Positions 1-12,035 of a stretch of 64,000 nt of DNA are shown in pieces. Within the stretch, counting starts at the first letter, position 1. Each line of letters begins with the position of its first letter. A program made the translations under genes and the position numbers. The stretch is from NCBI GenBank assembly GCA_963837345.1, contig CAWIMX010000001.1, positions 2,172,419 through 2,236,418 on the forward strand, given 5' to 3'. Below the pieces are notes generated by a model. That model did no database searches. It was given only the letters and a program-made list of their open reading frames with translations, and was not told where the DNA came from. Source of the DNA: an uncultured Acidobacteriota bacterium. Its GTDB lineage: Bacteria; Acidobacteriota; Vicinamibacteria; Vicinamibacterales; CAVVIG01.

Positions 1-1309
1 AGATGTAGCCTCCGAGTAGAAGCGCGGCCGCGATCGGTTCCGGCAGGCTGACCTGCAACGACTGCCAGAAGCCCGGCACGAAGAGCACCAGCAGGCCCCA
101 GGCCGGGCTCGCGCTTTCGCTGCGGGCGACGAGCGACAGGCTCAGCGCGGACGCGAACAGCGCGACGAGCAGCATCCATGTCATGGTGGCCGGATACTGC
201 TGCCATCGGCCCCCCGAAAGAATGCGCGTCAGCAGGCTGAAGCCGATGCGACCGTATCGATATGGCGGGGCGTCGATGAAGGTGCCATAGGTCTCGGGAT
301 GGTCTTTGTACTGGAGGAGAAACGGATCGAAGACCTCGAAATAGACGAACTGGCCGTCGTAGCCACTGTCGTTCAGGACGAGACTCGCGCGCAGCTCCGG
401 CCGATCGGCGAGCATTGGATTGCGGTTGAAGAATTCATGCGACAGCTGGATGAAGCCGCTGTAGTTGCCGTGATAGACCTCGCGCAGGTTATAGCCCACC
501 AGGCTGCCGTAGACGGCGAGCACGACCAGCGCGGGCGAGAGGCACAGGACGGTGGCGCGCCAGCGTCCTGCGAGCTGTCGAACGACGGCCCTCCCGCCTT
601 CCCAGAGCCGGGGTGCGGTCAGGACGATTGCCGCCTCGCCGAAGGCGACCGGCGAGATGAGGATCGCAAACCGCGAGACGTGCGGGGACAGCAAGACCAG
701 GAAGAGCAGGATGGCGGCGGTGCCGGCCGCGATCCGGTACGTCCAGCCGAGCGCCCGACCGAGCCGCACGGGCTGCTGCGCGAAAATCGCGGTCAGCAGC
801 AGAAAGATGACGATCGTGCTTGTCGGCGAGGGGTGTTCGTAACGCTGGGCCGACGCCGGCACGATGAGGAGATCGTGGCCGCGCGTGGATCCATGGTGCG
901 TGGCGACCTCGAGCGCCGCGAGGGTCCACGGGACCGCCGGCCCGACGACCTCAACCGCATGCGCCGCGGTCGGATCCCAGGGACCGTTCCACGCACAGTC
1001 CACGCGTCGCGGTGCGCCGCCGCGGACGGATTGGACGCACGCGGTCTGGCCGTCTATCAGGATCGTGAACGCCTGCGTCGCGGCCGTCTTGTGCTCGACG
1101 CGCGCGATGATCGCGACCGGCGGCCGAAGATCCGGACTCGTGCGGCCGGCGTCGAGATCGACGCGAGCCGTGGCGCTGCCCGGCTCGTCGATGGAACTCT
1201 GCACGAGCTTGTCCCGAAACGCGCGGAACTCCACGGCGACGCGCGTGCCGAGCACGACGCACACCGCCGATGACAGCGCCATCGCGAGACAGACACGTCG
1301 GAGGGTCAT
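1..1309 (-). CDS. Polytopic membrane protein of unknown function (3' end lies beyond window start)
   Basis: ATG at 1309-1307 (MTLRRVCLAMALSS...). The frame is open down to position 2. It is absent from the ORF track, probably because no stop lies in the window. The downstream two-thirds is strongly hydrophobic. The track ORF 299..1273 (+) is its same-phase antisense artefact. Confidence 0.6.
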   Translation of the reverse strand, partial: MTLRRVCLAMALSSAVCVVLGTRVAVEFRAFRDKLVQSSIDEPGSATARVDLDAGRTSPDLRPPVAIIARVEHKTAATQAFTILIDGQTACVQSVRGGAPRRVDCAWNGPWDPTAAHAVEVVGPAVPWTLAALEVATHHGSTRGHDLLIVPASAQRYEHPSPTSTIVIFLLLTAIFAQQPVRLGRALGWTYRIAAGTAAILLFLVLLSPHVSRFAILISPVAFGEAAIVLTAPRLWEGGRAVVRQLAGRWRATVLCLSPALVVLAVYGSLVGYNLREVYHGNYSGFIQLSHEFFNRNPMLADRPELRASLVLNDSGYDGQFVYFEVFDPFLLQYKDHPETYGTFIDAPPYRYGRIGFSLLTRILSGGRWQQYPATMTWMLLVALFASALSLSLVARSESASPAWGLLVLFVPGFWQSLQVSLPEPIAAALLLGGYI

Positions 1310-1395
1310 TCAGATGTTCGACGTTAGCGCTTGCACGCTGGCCGGGGCCGACGCGGTGTCGGGGTGACGCGCTAGTCTATCATCCCCGGCCGGCG

Positions 1396-1624
1396 CTAGT
1401 GGCCCGTACCCGCTGAAGTACTCCCGCTTCGACGAACCGCGAATTCGAGATCAACCACAGAGACACGGAGACACGGAGACACGGAGACCCGAGAGCTGCC
1501 GGTCGTCGGCGCCGCCTCGCGGCCGGCCTGCACAGCAGGCCGGCGACGACCTCGCGAGTCTCTGAGTCTCTGAGCCTCTGTGGTTCATTGCCCTGGTACT
1601 GATTCAGCCGATACGCTCCACTAG
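1396..1624 (-). mobile_element. MITE-like non-autonomous element, copy A (221 bp, 1400..1620) plus flanking CTAG at both ends
   Basis: Its reverse complement is near-identical to copy B (26598..26896), apart from an 86-bp internal module and one 8-bp unit. It has imperfect terminal inverted repeats (19/26). CTAG sits at 1396-1399 and 1621-1624. No ORF of its own. Confidence 0.75.
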
Positions 1625-2212
1625 TGCGCAGCGATGACCCGTCGCGCGCCGAGAAAACGCGGACCCCAGGACCGATGAGTCCAGTCGCTCCACGCGCACG
1701 ACGCCCCGCGAGCTCGGTGCGTGCACGAACTGGTCGCCGCCAACCGCGATCGCGACGTGCGACGCGCCGGGCGACACCGTGGTGAAGAAGATGAGGTCGC
1801 CGGGCTGCAGATCCCGTGGCTCGATCGGCGTACCGACCTGATATTGATCCGAGACCTCGCGTGGCAGCGCCACGCCGTATCGCGCGAACACGTACTGCGT
1901 GAAGCCGCTGCAGTCGAACCCGGCAGGGTCCGCGCCGCCGTTTCTGTACGGCGTCCCTCGAAAGCCGAGCGCGGTACCCACCACGGCGTACGCATCGTCG
2001 CCCGCGGGCACACTCGGTGAATCGTCGGCCCCCACGGGCGCATCCGGCTCGTCGGGCGGGGAGGGAGCGCCCACGGTGGGCCCCATGGGGAACGGGCGCG
2101 GCACGGGCACGGTGCCGGCTCGACGCGGCGCGGAGGCGCACGCGCCCGTCAGGGCGGCGGCAACGAACAGGACGCCAATCAGGTGGCGCGAACGGTGTGA
2201 ATCCACGTGCAC
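1604..2212 (-). CDS. NlpC/P60 (C40) peptidoglycan endopeptidase lipoprotein
   Basis: DCSGFTQYVF ... GDLIFF ... SHVAIAVG ... VHA catalytic Cys/His pattern. Signal peptide with lipobox LTGAC. The last six codons and the stop lie inside MITE copy A. Confidence 0.9.
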   Translation of the reverse strand: MHVDSHRSRHLIGVLFVAAALTGACASAPRRAGTVPVPRPFPMGPTVGAPSPPDEPDAPVGADDSPSVPAGDDAYAVVGTALGFRGTPYRNGGADPAGFDCSGFTQYVFARYGVALPREVSDQYQVGTPIEPRDLQPGDLIFFTTVSPGASHVAIAVGGDQFVHAPSSRGVVRVERLDSSVLGSAFSRRATGHRCALVERIG

Positions 2213-2338
2213 AATCGATGCTATCGGATCGAGGTTCGATGCGCCGTAGGGTCCGCTAAACGGCCGTCTTCAAACCGTTTACGGTGTCATCGGCTTGACA
2301 CCTCATCGAATGCTCGGGCAGAATTCTAACGACTGGTA

Positions 2339-2872
2339 ATGGAACAAACGCTGCTGCTCAACGCGTCGTACGAGCCGCTGAAGATCGTCCACTGGCAGAA
2401 GGCGATTACGCTGCTCTGCCAGGGGAAGGTCGAGGTCATCTCGGTGTACGACCGTGAGATTCGCGCCGTTTCCATCAGCTTCAAGCTGCCGTCGGTCATC
2501 CGCCTGCTACGGTACATCAAGATCAAGCGTCGTTTCGACTACGTACCATTCTCGCGAGCCAACATCTACGCGCGCGACGATCACAGCTGCCAGTACTGCG
2601 GGACCCGCTTCCCGACGGCCGAGCTCACGTTCGACCATGTGGTGCCGGTCGCCCAGGGCGGCCGCAAGGATTGGGAGAACATCGTCACGTGCTGCATCGG
2701 CTGCAACCGCCGCAAGGGCGGGAGGACGCCGAACGAGGCGGGGATGCACCTGCGGCGGGCGCCGAAGCGGCCCGAGTCGGCACCGGCCATCCGCATTACG
2801 GTCGGACTGCGCAACGCGCCCGAGAGCTGGCGCGATTACCTCTACTGGAACGTCGAGCTCGACGATACCTAA
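2339..2872 (+). CDS. HNH endonuclease family protein
   Basis: CQYCG ... [11 protein letters not shown] ... [14 protein letters not shown] is an HNH/zinc-finger motif. Complete ORF in the track. Confidence 0.85.
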   Translation: MEQTLLLNASYEPLKIVHWQKAITLLCQGKVEVISVYDREIRAVSISFKLPSVIRLLRYIKIKRRFDYVPFSRANIYARDDHSCQYCGTRFPTAELTFDHVVPVAQGGRKDWENIVTCCIGCNRRKGGRTPNEAGMHLRRAPKRPESAPAIRITVGLRNAPESWRDYLYWNVELDDT

Positions 2873-2881
2873 CCACTTCCG

Positions 2882-3877
2882 ATGCCCGCCCGCGTCACCG
2901 CCATTCACCCCCGATGGGCCATCGAGGGCGGTCGCGTCACCATCGACGGATCCGGATTCGCGGTCGAGGAGCCCACTCTCCCCGGCGTCCGATTCCGTGC
3001 CCGGCAGGCGCGCATCGTCTACGCCTCGTCCCGCCGGGTCGTGGCGCTCGTTCCTCCGGGGCTCGAGGGTGGACCGACGCCGGTACGCATCGACGGACTG
3101 CCGGGAGAGACGGCATTCGTCGACGTCGGCGCGCCGTTGGCGACCGGCCTCCACCAGGTCGACAATCCGGTCTTCGACGCCGCCGGCAACCTCTACGTGA
3201 CCTTCAGCGGACAGCGCGGCCAGCAGTCGCCGGTGTCGATTTTCCGCGTGCGCCCGGACGGCACGCGCGAACCGTTCGCGTCGGGCATTGTCAACGCGAC
3301 GTCGATGGCGTTCGGTCCCGACGGCCGGCTGTACGTGTCGAGCCGGTTCGAGGGGACCGTCTACCGCGTGTCGGATCGGGGCGAGGTGGAGACGTTCGCG
3401 GTCAATCTCGGCGTCGCCTGCGGACTGGCGTTCGCGGCCGACGGGTCGCTCTTCGTCGGCGACCGCTCCGGCACCATCTTCCGCGTCGCGCGCGACGGGA
3501 GCGCATCGGCATTCGCCGCGCTGCCCCCAAGCGTCGCGGCGTTCCATCTCGCGGTCGCCCCGGACGGCACGCTGCACGCGACCGCGCCGACGCTCTCGCC
3601 GCACGACGTCGTGTACGCCATTGCGCCGACCGGCGAGGTCTCGATCCGGGCCACCGGCTTCGGACGTCCGCAGGGGCTTGCCTTCGATCGCCGCGGGCGG
3701 CTCTTCGTGACCGAAGCCCTGGCCGGGGCGAGCGGGTTGTATCTGGTGCCCGAACTCGGCGCTCCCGTTCTCGTCCTCTCCGGACCCGGCCTCGTGGGCG
3801 TCGCGTTCGGCCCCGACGGCAGCTTCGTGGTCTGCTCGAACGAGACCGCCTACCGCATCGCCGCTTCCGCCGCGTGA
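2882..3877 (+). CDS. IPT/TIG domain plus NHL/SMP-30-like beta-propeller protein
   Basis: N-terminal IPT-like segment ([11 protein letters not shown]...[14 protein letters not shown]...VALVPPG). It is followed by repeated blades ([46 protein letters not shown]). No obvious signal peptide. Starts 9 nt after the HNH gene stop. Confidence 0.7.
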   Translation: MPARVTAIHPRWAIEGGRVTIDGSGFAVEEPTLPGVRFRARQARIVYASSRRVVALVPPGLEGGPTPVRIDGLPGETAFVDVGAPLATGLHQVDNPVFDAAGNLYVTFSGQRGQQSPVSIFRVRPDGTREPFASGIVNATSMAFGPDGRLYVSSRFEGTVYRVSDRGEVETFAVNLGVACGLAFAADGSLFVGDRSGTIFRVARDGSASAFAALPPSVAAFHLAVAPDGTLHATAPTLSPHDVVYAIAPTGEVSIRATGFGRPQGLAFDRRGRLFVTEALAGASGLYLVPELGAPVLVLSGPGLVGVAFGPDGSFVVCSNETAYRIAASAA

Positions 3878-5403
3878 CCGATCGTCGGCGGCGGACCGGC
3901 CGGGTTCATTCCGCGGTCCGCGCGCGCAGGCCGCTCCTGCGATACCCGTACCAGGAAGTGCACGAACAGCCCGACCACCAGCCAGAGACCGAACCGGATC
4001 CACGTGATCGCGGGCAGGCCCGTCATCAAGTACGCGCACGAAAGCACGCCCAGGATCGGCACGAGGGGAACGAGCGGCGTCCGGAACGCCCGCGGCCGGT
4101 CGGGGTCCTTCCGCCGCAGCACGATGATGCCGAGACAGACGAGCACGAAGGCAGACAGGGTCCCGATATTGGTGAGGTCGACCATTTCGTCGATGCTCGT
4201 GAACATGGCGCACGTGCCGACGGCGACGCCGGTGAGGATCGTCGTCACGTGGGGCGTACGGAAGCGGGGATGCACTTTCGCGAAGCTGGGCGGCAACAGG
4301 CCGTCGCGGGCCATCGAGAAGAAGATGCGCGGCTGCCCGAGCTGGAAGACGAGCAGCACGGCCGTGTGGGCGACGACGGAGCCGAAGGCGACCAGGCCGA
4401 CGAAGAAATTGCCCCAGCGCTGAATGTCGGCATACTGCAGGGCCATCGTCAACGGCTCGGCCTGCTCGGTGGCGAGCCGGTTGACCAGCACGTCGTAGGG
4501 GATGATGCCGGTGAAGACGGCGGCGACCACGATGTAGATGATGGTGCAGATGATCAGCGAGCCGATGATGCCGATCGGCAGATCGCGCTTGGGGTCGCGC
4601 ACTTCCTCCGCGACGGTCGAGACCGCGTCGAACCCGATGTAGGCAAAGAAGACGATCGCGGCCCCGGCCTGAACGCCCGCCCATCCGTTCGGCGCGAAGG
4701 GGGTCCAGTTCTCCGTGCGGGTGTATTGCCAGCCGATGGCCACGAAAATCCCCAGCACGACCAGCTTGAGGATCACCATCACGGCGTTCATCCGGGCGCT
4801 CTCGCGGATGCCGATGACGAGCACGATCGTGATCAGCGCCACGATGCCGAACGCCAGGATGTTGAAGACGATCGGCACGCCGAACACGTGCGGGGCGCGC
4901 GCGAAGAGCCCGGGAATCCGTGCGGCGGTCCGGTAGTCGGTGCTCAGCCAGTCCGGGATCGCGATCCCGAATCCGGCCACGAAGGTCTTGAAGTAGTTGC
5001 CCCAGCTGATGGCAACGGCGACGTTGCCGACGGCGTACTCGATAATGAGATCCCACCCGATGATCCAGGCCACCAGTTCGCCGAGCGTGGCGTACGCGTA
5101 GGTGTAGGCGCTTCCCGAAATCGGCACCATCGCGGCGAATTCCGCATAGCAGAGCGCGGCGAAGCCGCAGGCGATGGCCGTGACCACGAACGACAGGATG
5201 AGCGCCGGCCCTGCGCCCGGCCGGGCCGCGTCGCCGGCCGCCGCCGTGCCGATGGTCGCGAAGATCCCGGCCCCGACGATCGCCCCGATGCCGAGCAGGA
5301 CGACATCGGTCGCGCCGAGCGACCGTTTGAGCTGGTGCTCGGGCGCCTGCCCCTCGCTCAGGATGGCGTCGAGCGATTTCGTGCGGAACAGCGTGGACGG
5401 CAC
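3850..5403 (-). CDS. APC-superfamily amino acid permease (YfnA/cationic amino acid transporter-like)
   Basis: Only the C-terminal 517 codons of track ORF 3850..7668 look real: [14 protein letters not shown]..., GAGIF, 12-TM-like hydrophobic pattern. GTG at 5403 is in frame. The upstream part is antisense to uvrA. Confidence 0.85.
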   Translation of the reverse strand: MPSTLFRTKSLDAILSEGQAPEHQLKRSLGATDVVLLGIGAIVGAGIFATIGTAAAGDAARPGAGPALILSFVVTAIACGFAALCYAEFAAMVPISGSAYTYAYATLGELVAWIIGWDLIIEYAVGNVAVAISWGNYFKTFVAGFGIAIPDWLSTDYRTAARIPGLFARAPHVFGVPIVFNILAFGIVALITIVLVIGIRESARMNAVMVILKLVVLGIFVAIGWQYTRTENWTPFAPNGWAGVQAGAAIVFFAYIGFDAVSTVAEEVRDPKRDLPIGIIGSLIICTIIYIVVAAVFTGIIPYDVLVNRLATEQAEPLTMALQYADIQRWGNFFVGLVAFGSVVAHTAVLLVFQLGQPRIFFSMARDGLLPPSFAKVHPRFRTPHVTTILTGVAVGTCAMFTSIDEMVDLTNIGTLSAFVLVCLGIIVLRRKDPDRPRAFRTPLVPLVPILGVLSCAYLMTGLPAITWIRFGLWLVVGLFVHFLVRVSQERPARADRGMNPAGPPPTIGHAAEAAMR

Positions 5404-5442
5404 CCGGCGAGGATACCACTGGAGCCGTGCTACGCTGAGGGG

Positions 5443-8268
<2,826 letters not shown>

Positions 8269-8273
8269 TCGAA

Positions 8274-8326
8274 TGTGGTAGGATGACCACAATCCGGGCG
8301 GGCAGAGCTGTGGTACCAGTACCACA
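8274..8326. repeat. Two palindromes sharing TGTGGT(A)/(T)ACCACA arms (8274-8291 and 8309-8326)
   Basis: TGTGGTA-GGATG-ACCACA and TGTGGTA-CCAG-TACCACA sit 35 bp apart in the AT-richer uvrA-lpxC spacer. Neither is followed by a T-run. Confidence 0.4.
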
Positions 8327-8477
8327 AACCTACACGGTCCAGCGGGTCTCCTGTCTCGAATGTTTTGTGTAAGTCGTTAAGAGTAGAGATAGTTACGGAC
8401 ATCTGTCGCCTACAGATCAACCGGGCATCAAGTTTGCTCTGCGTCCTGTGGCTCACCCTCTCTCGGCATAGAGGCTA

Positions 8478-9383
8478 ATGGACGCACAGCGCACGCTTCG
8501 TCGCCCCATCTCCTGTGTCGGAATCGGTCTCCATTCCGGCAACAAGGTCCATCTTTCACTCAAGCCGGCGCCGACGGACTTCGGCGTCCGCTTTCGCCGG
8601 ACCGACCGCGGCGACCACGAGGTGCCGGCCACCGTGCAGCACCTGGCGGGGATCCAGCTGGCAACCGGGCTCTCGCGAAACGACGTCTCGGTCGAGACGG
8701 TCGAGCATCTGCTCGCCGCCCTGGTCAGCATGGGCGTCGACAACGTTCTCATCGAACTGAACTCGCCGGAAGTGCCGATCATGGACGGCAGCGCCGCGCC
8801 GTTCATCTATCTGATTCAGGAAGCCGGCGTGAAGCGCCTGCAGGCGCCCCGCCGCTATCTGAAGATCGTCCGTCCGATCGCGCTGTCGCGCGGCGACAAG
8901 CGGATCGCGCTCTTCCCGTCGGACCATTTCAAGGTCACCTACAGCATCAGCTACGACCATCCGATGCTGCGGCATCAGTCGAGAACCCTCCGAATCACCG
9001 AGGACTCGTTCATCGAGGAAGTGGCGCCCGCCCGCACGTTCACGTTTCTCAAGGACGTCGAAATGCTCCGCCAGAACGGCCTCGCGCTGGGCGGATCGCT
9101 CGAGAACGCCATCGTGCTGGGCGAGACCGGCGTGCTGAACAACGCGCTCCGGTTCGACGACGAGTTCGTGCGGCACAAGATTCTGGACGCGATCGGCGAC
9201 CTCGCGCTGGTGGGCTATCCGGTGGTCGGCCACCTGGTCGCGCACCGCGCCGGGCACGCCCTTCACACGGAATTCGCCGGCAAGATCCTCCAGGAAACCA
9301 ACGCCTGGCGGCTGGTCGAAGCGGTGGCCGAGGGCGTTCCCGCATTGCCCGTAAAGGACGCCGCCCCCCGACTGGCGAACTGA
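8478..9383 (+). CDS. lpxC: UDP-3-O-acyl-N-acetylglucosamine deacetylase
   Basis: RTLRRPISCVGIGLHSGNKVHLSLKPAP...VETVEHLLAAL...MDGSAAPF...HKILDAIGDLAL...AGHALH, typical LpxC motifs. Confidence 0.95.
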   Translation: MDAQRTLRRPISCVGIGLHSGNKVHLSLKPAPTDFGVRFRRTDRGDHEVPATVQHLAGIQLATGLSRNDVSVETVEHLLAALVSMGVDNVLIELNSPEVPIMDGSAAPFIYLIQEAGVKRLQAPRRYLKIVRPIALSRGDKRIALFPSDHFKVTYSISYDHPMLRHQSRTLRITEDSFIEEVAPARTFTFLKDVEMLRQNGLALGGSLENAIVLGETGVLNNALRFDDEFVRHKILDAIGDLALVGYPVVGHLVAHRAGHALHTEFAGKILQETNAWRLVEAVAEGVPALPVKDAAPRLAN

Positions 9384-9418
9384 CCTGGTGTAGCCTAGGC
9401 GCCGGGATCTCCGGCGCC

Positions 9419-10069
9419 ATGTTCATCGGACAAGTCACCCGGCAGGGCTTCGCGACCGCGGAGCCCGCCTCGCTGGCCGCCGCCGCCAGCGAGTTTCGGG
9501 CCCACCGGCATCTGCGGCTCGACCGTTTCATCGAGCCGGCGCTCTACGACGACTGGCGCCGGCGCGTCGCCGCCGCGCCATTCCACCCCCGCGCCTACCC
9601 GCTCGAAGAATGGGACGGCACGCCGCCATCCGATCTGATCGCCGGCGACTCGCTTCTCCTCGGCGCGTTCCAGTTCGCCCTGCACGATGCCCGGCTGTTC
9701 CGGACGGTGGAGGCGATTGCCGGCTGCGCGACGGTGCGCTCCTTCGAGCCGGTGATCTACCGGATGGCGGTCGGGCACGGCGACCGATGGCACGACGATC
9801 TTCCCGCCGGCCTCGCTCGTCTCGTGACGTTTACCCTGAACATGAGCGAGGCGGAGTATACGGGCGGCGCCCTCGAGTTCGCCGAGGCGGGGACCTTCGC
9901 CCCCCTCTGTCGGGTGGAGAACCAGGTGCCGGGCGGCGCGCTGCTGTTCGCGCTGTCGCCCTCGCTCGTGCATCGCGTCGCGCCGGTCCAATCGGGCGCC
10001 CGCACGGTCTTCGCTGGGTGGTTTTCAGGCCGGGCGCCGACCGCCTGGCCGGGCGCCGCCAGGGCTTGA
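9419..10069 (+). CDS. 2OG-Fe(II) oxygenase superfamily protein (P4H-like)
   Basis: HxD...H pattern (GDRWHDDL ... LVHRVAPV) in a roughly 215-aa protein. Family-level call only. Confidence 0.65.
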   Translation: MFIGQVTRQGFATAEPASLAAAASEFRAHRHLRLDRFIEPALYDDWRRRVAAAPFHPRAYPLEEWDGTPPSDLIAGDSLLLGAFQFALHDARLFRTVEAIAGCATVRSFEPVIYRMAVGHGDRWHDDLPAGLARLVTFTLNMSEAEYTGGALEFAEAGTFAPLCRVENQVPGGALLFALSPSLVHRVAPVQSGARTVFAGWFSGRAPTAWPGAARA

Positions 10070-10185
10070 TGCATTCCTTATCCCTCACCGCCCCTCGGAG
10101 TTCCGCGTGCGAAACGCGGACGAGTCGGCCCGCGTATTCCTGAACGGGTGGGATGCCCGGCGATGTCCGGGTGAAGGAGGACCGA

Positions 10186-10671
10186 ATGAAGCGCGCGATC
10201 TGGTCGGCGTTGGTATTGGCCTTGGTGCTGCCGTTCGCGGCGCACGCACAAGGCAAGCCGGACTTCTCCGGCATGTGGAGCCTCGACGCATCGCGAAGCG
10301 ATCAGGGGCGCGGCGGCCGCGGCGGGCGCGGAGGCGGCGCGGCGATGGTGACGATCAAGCAGACGGCGGCGATGCTCACGATCGAGCAGCAGGGCCGGGG
10401 CGGGATGCAGACGCTCAACTACAAGCTCGACGGCTCCGAGAGCGCGAACGAGATGCCGGGCCGCGGCGGCACGACCACGGCGACGTCGAAGGCGCACTGG
10501 GACGGCGCGAAGCTCGTGATCGAGACGACGCGCGATCTGGGCGGCATGTCGATCACGTCCACGGAAACGCGGAGCCTCAGCGCTGATGGCAAGGAAATGA
10601 CGGTGGACACGGCCGTCTCCACCCCCCAGGGCGACGTCAACCAGCACATGGTTTACACGAAGGGGATGTAG
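10186..10671 (+). CDS. Secreted protein of unknown function with RGG-rich segment
   Basis: GGAGG lies 6 nt upstream of ATG 10186. Signal peptide MKRAIWSALVLALVLPFAAHAQG. GRGGRGGRGGG tract followed by beta-rich sequence. Confidence 0.6.
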   Translation: MKRAIWSALVLALVLPFAAHAQGKPDFSGMWSLDASRSDQGRGGRGGRGGGAAMVTIKQTAAMLTIEQQGRGGMQTLNYKLDGSESANEMPGRGGTTTATSKAHWDGAKLVIETTRDLGGMSITSTETRSLSADGKEMTVDTAVSTPQGDVNQHMVYTKGM

Positions 10672-10673
10672 CG

Positions 10674-12032
10674 CTAGCGGATCCGCAGCGCTCGAACGGT
10701 GGTGGGCGAGCCGCAGCGCTCGAACCAGTCCACGCCTTCGTACACCAGATCGAACTTGAGTCGATAGCGGCCAGGCGCGGGGGCCGCGGGGATCTCGATT
10801 GGCAGATCCACGCGGTCTCCCGGCCCGAGGGGTCTGGGCAGGTCGGCGCGCGCGAAGTCGCGATTGAGGAGCGCGCCGCTCGCGTCGCACAACTGGGCTC
10901 CGAGCCGGACGAGACGCCGCCCGTAGGTGGCCTGGTTGGGGAACGCGCGCGTCGACAGGTTGCGGACGCGCGTCCGCACCCGCAGCGGCCGGCCCGCCCG
11001 GCCGGCGAGAGGCCGCCCGGGCAGCAGCGTCCGGACGTCGATCGCCGCTTTCGGCGTGGCGCCGGGAATCGCGTTGCCCAGATTGCTGTGATCCCAGGTT
11101 TCGGACCGGATCGCCTCCAGGTCGGCCGAGCCCGGCACGAAGCGTCGCGAGTAGGCGCCCTCGGGATGGTCGGTGAGTTCCCAGCACAGACGGTCGACGC
11201 CGATGTCGGCGGCCAGCCGCCGGGCGCGGGCCATTTCCTCGTCGCTGTCGTTCCACGTGAACAGGATGTACCGCCAGTTGAGGAAGGGCAGATCGCGATG
11301 TGCCCGGTGCTTCTCCTCGACCATGGCGCGCAGGTTCGCGATGGCGTCGTCGAACCGGCCCCGCCGACGGTACTGTTCGTAGGCGGCCTGCGACGCGCCG
11401 TCGATCGAGAACGTCACCTCGTCGATCCCGGAGTGCACGAGCCGGCGCGCCTGGGCCTCGGTGAAGGCGAGGCCGTTGGTGCTCGTGTACAGGTAGATGT
11501 GCGGGAAGTTCGCCTTGATGTACTCGCACATCTCGATCGCCCGCTTGTGGAGAAACGCCTCGCCGTAGTTGAAGAAGTCGATGCGGCCGAGCGAGGGTCC
11601 GGCCTCGTCGATGACGCGGCGGAACATGTCGACGTCGAGCATGCCGGCCTGACGCGTGCGCGTGATGCCGGTTTCCGGCGCGCAGCACGCCTCGTGGCAC
11701 GAGATGTTGCACGCGGCGGTGCACTCGATGAACATCCGCGAGGGGAGGGCGCCCGCCGTCAGGGGCCGGACGGTGGGCGCAGTCGTCCCGAGCGGCAGCT
11801 TGAGCGGGCAGTCGCCGCAGAACGCCGAGCCGCCGCGATTCAGATCGTCGCGCAGGCGCGTGACGGTCTCGCCGCTCCACACCTGCTGCACGCTCTCGGA
11901 CCGCGCATCGCCGAGCACACGGCGCCCGTACGGGTCGGCGCACCCGCAGACCAGCCGGCCGTCGCAGAGCATCACGAGCATGCTCCAGGGCCAGGAACAC
12001 TCGAATCGCGTGGCGAGGAAGTTCAGCGACAT
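10674..12032 (-). CDS. Radical SAM enzyme with an N-terminal SPASM/twitch-like Cys domain and a C-terminal Ig-like domain
   Basis: Cluster loop IECTAACNISCHEACC (codons at 11723-11682), FNYGEAFL (GGE-like), and N-terminal CSWPW..CDGRLVCGC...FCGDCP. C-terminal DLVYEGVDWF motif as in NBR1-type Ig-like domains. Confidence 0.85.
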   Translation of the reverse strand: MSLNFLATRFECSWPWSMLVMLCDGRLVCGCADPYGRRVLGDARSESVQQVWSGETVTRLRDDLNRGGSAFCGDCPLKLPLGTTAPTVRPLTAGALPSRMFIECTAACNISCHEACCAPETGITRTRQAGMLDVDMFRRVIDEAGPSLGRIDFFNYGEAFLHKRAIEMCEYIKANFPHIYLYTSTNGLAFTEAQARRLVHSGIDEVTFSIDGASQAAYEQYRRRGRFDDAIANLRAMVEEKHRAHRDLPFLNWRYILFTWNDSDEEMARARRLAADIGVDRLCWELTDHPEGAYSRRFVPGSADLEAIRSETWDHSNLGNAIPGATPKAAIDVRTLLPGRPLAGRAGRPLRVRTRVRNLSTRAFPNQATYGRRLVRLGAQLCDASGALLNRDFARADLPRPLGPGDRVDLPIEIPAAPAPGRYRLKFDLVYEGVDWFERCGSPTTVRALRIR

Positions 12033-12035
12033 CGG

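Noticed and set aside
1461-1488. Short tandem repeats (ACGGAGAC x3; mirrored at about 26816-26835) considered as a possible CRISPR or minisatellite
   Set aside because: The units are 8 bp with no spacers. They sit inside the hairpin arms of the MITE, and no cas genes are present.
10669-10676. Missing terminator between the convergent genes ending at 10671 (+) and 10674 (-)
   Set aside because: The stops are only 2 nt apart (TAGCGCTA palindrome). That leaves no room for a structure, and I could derive nothing further from it.
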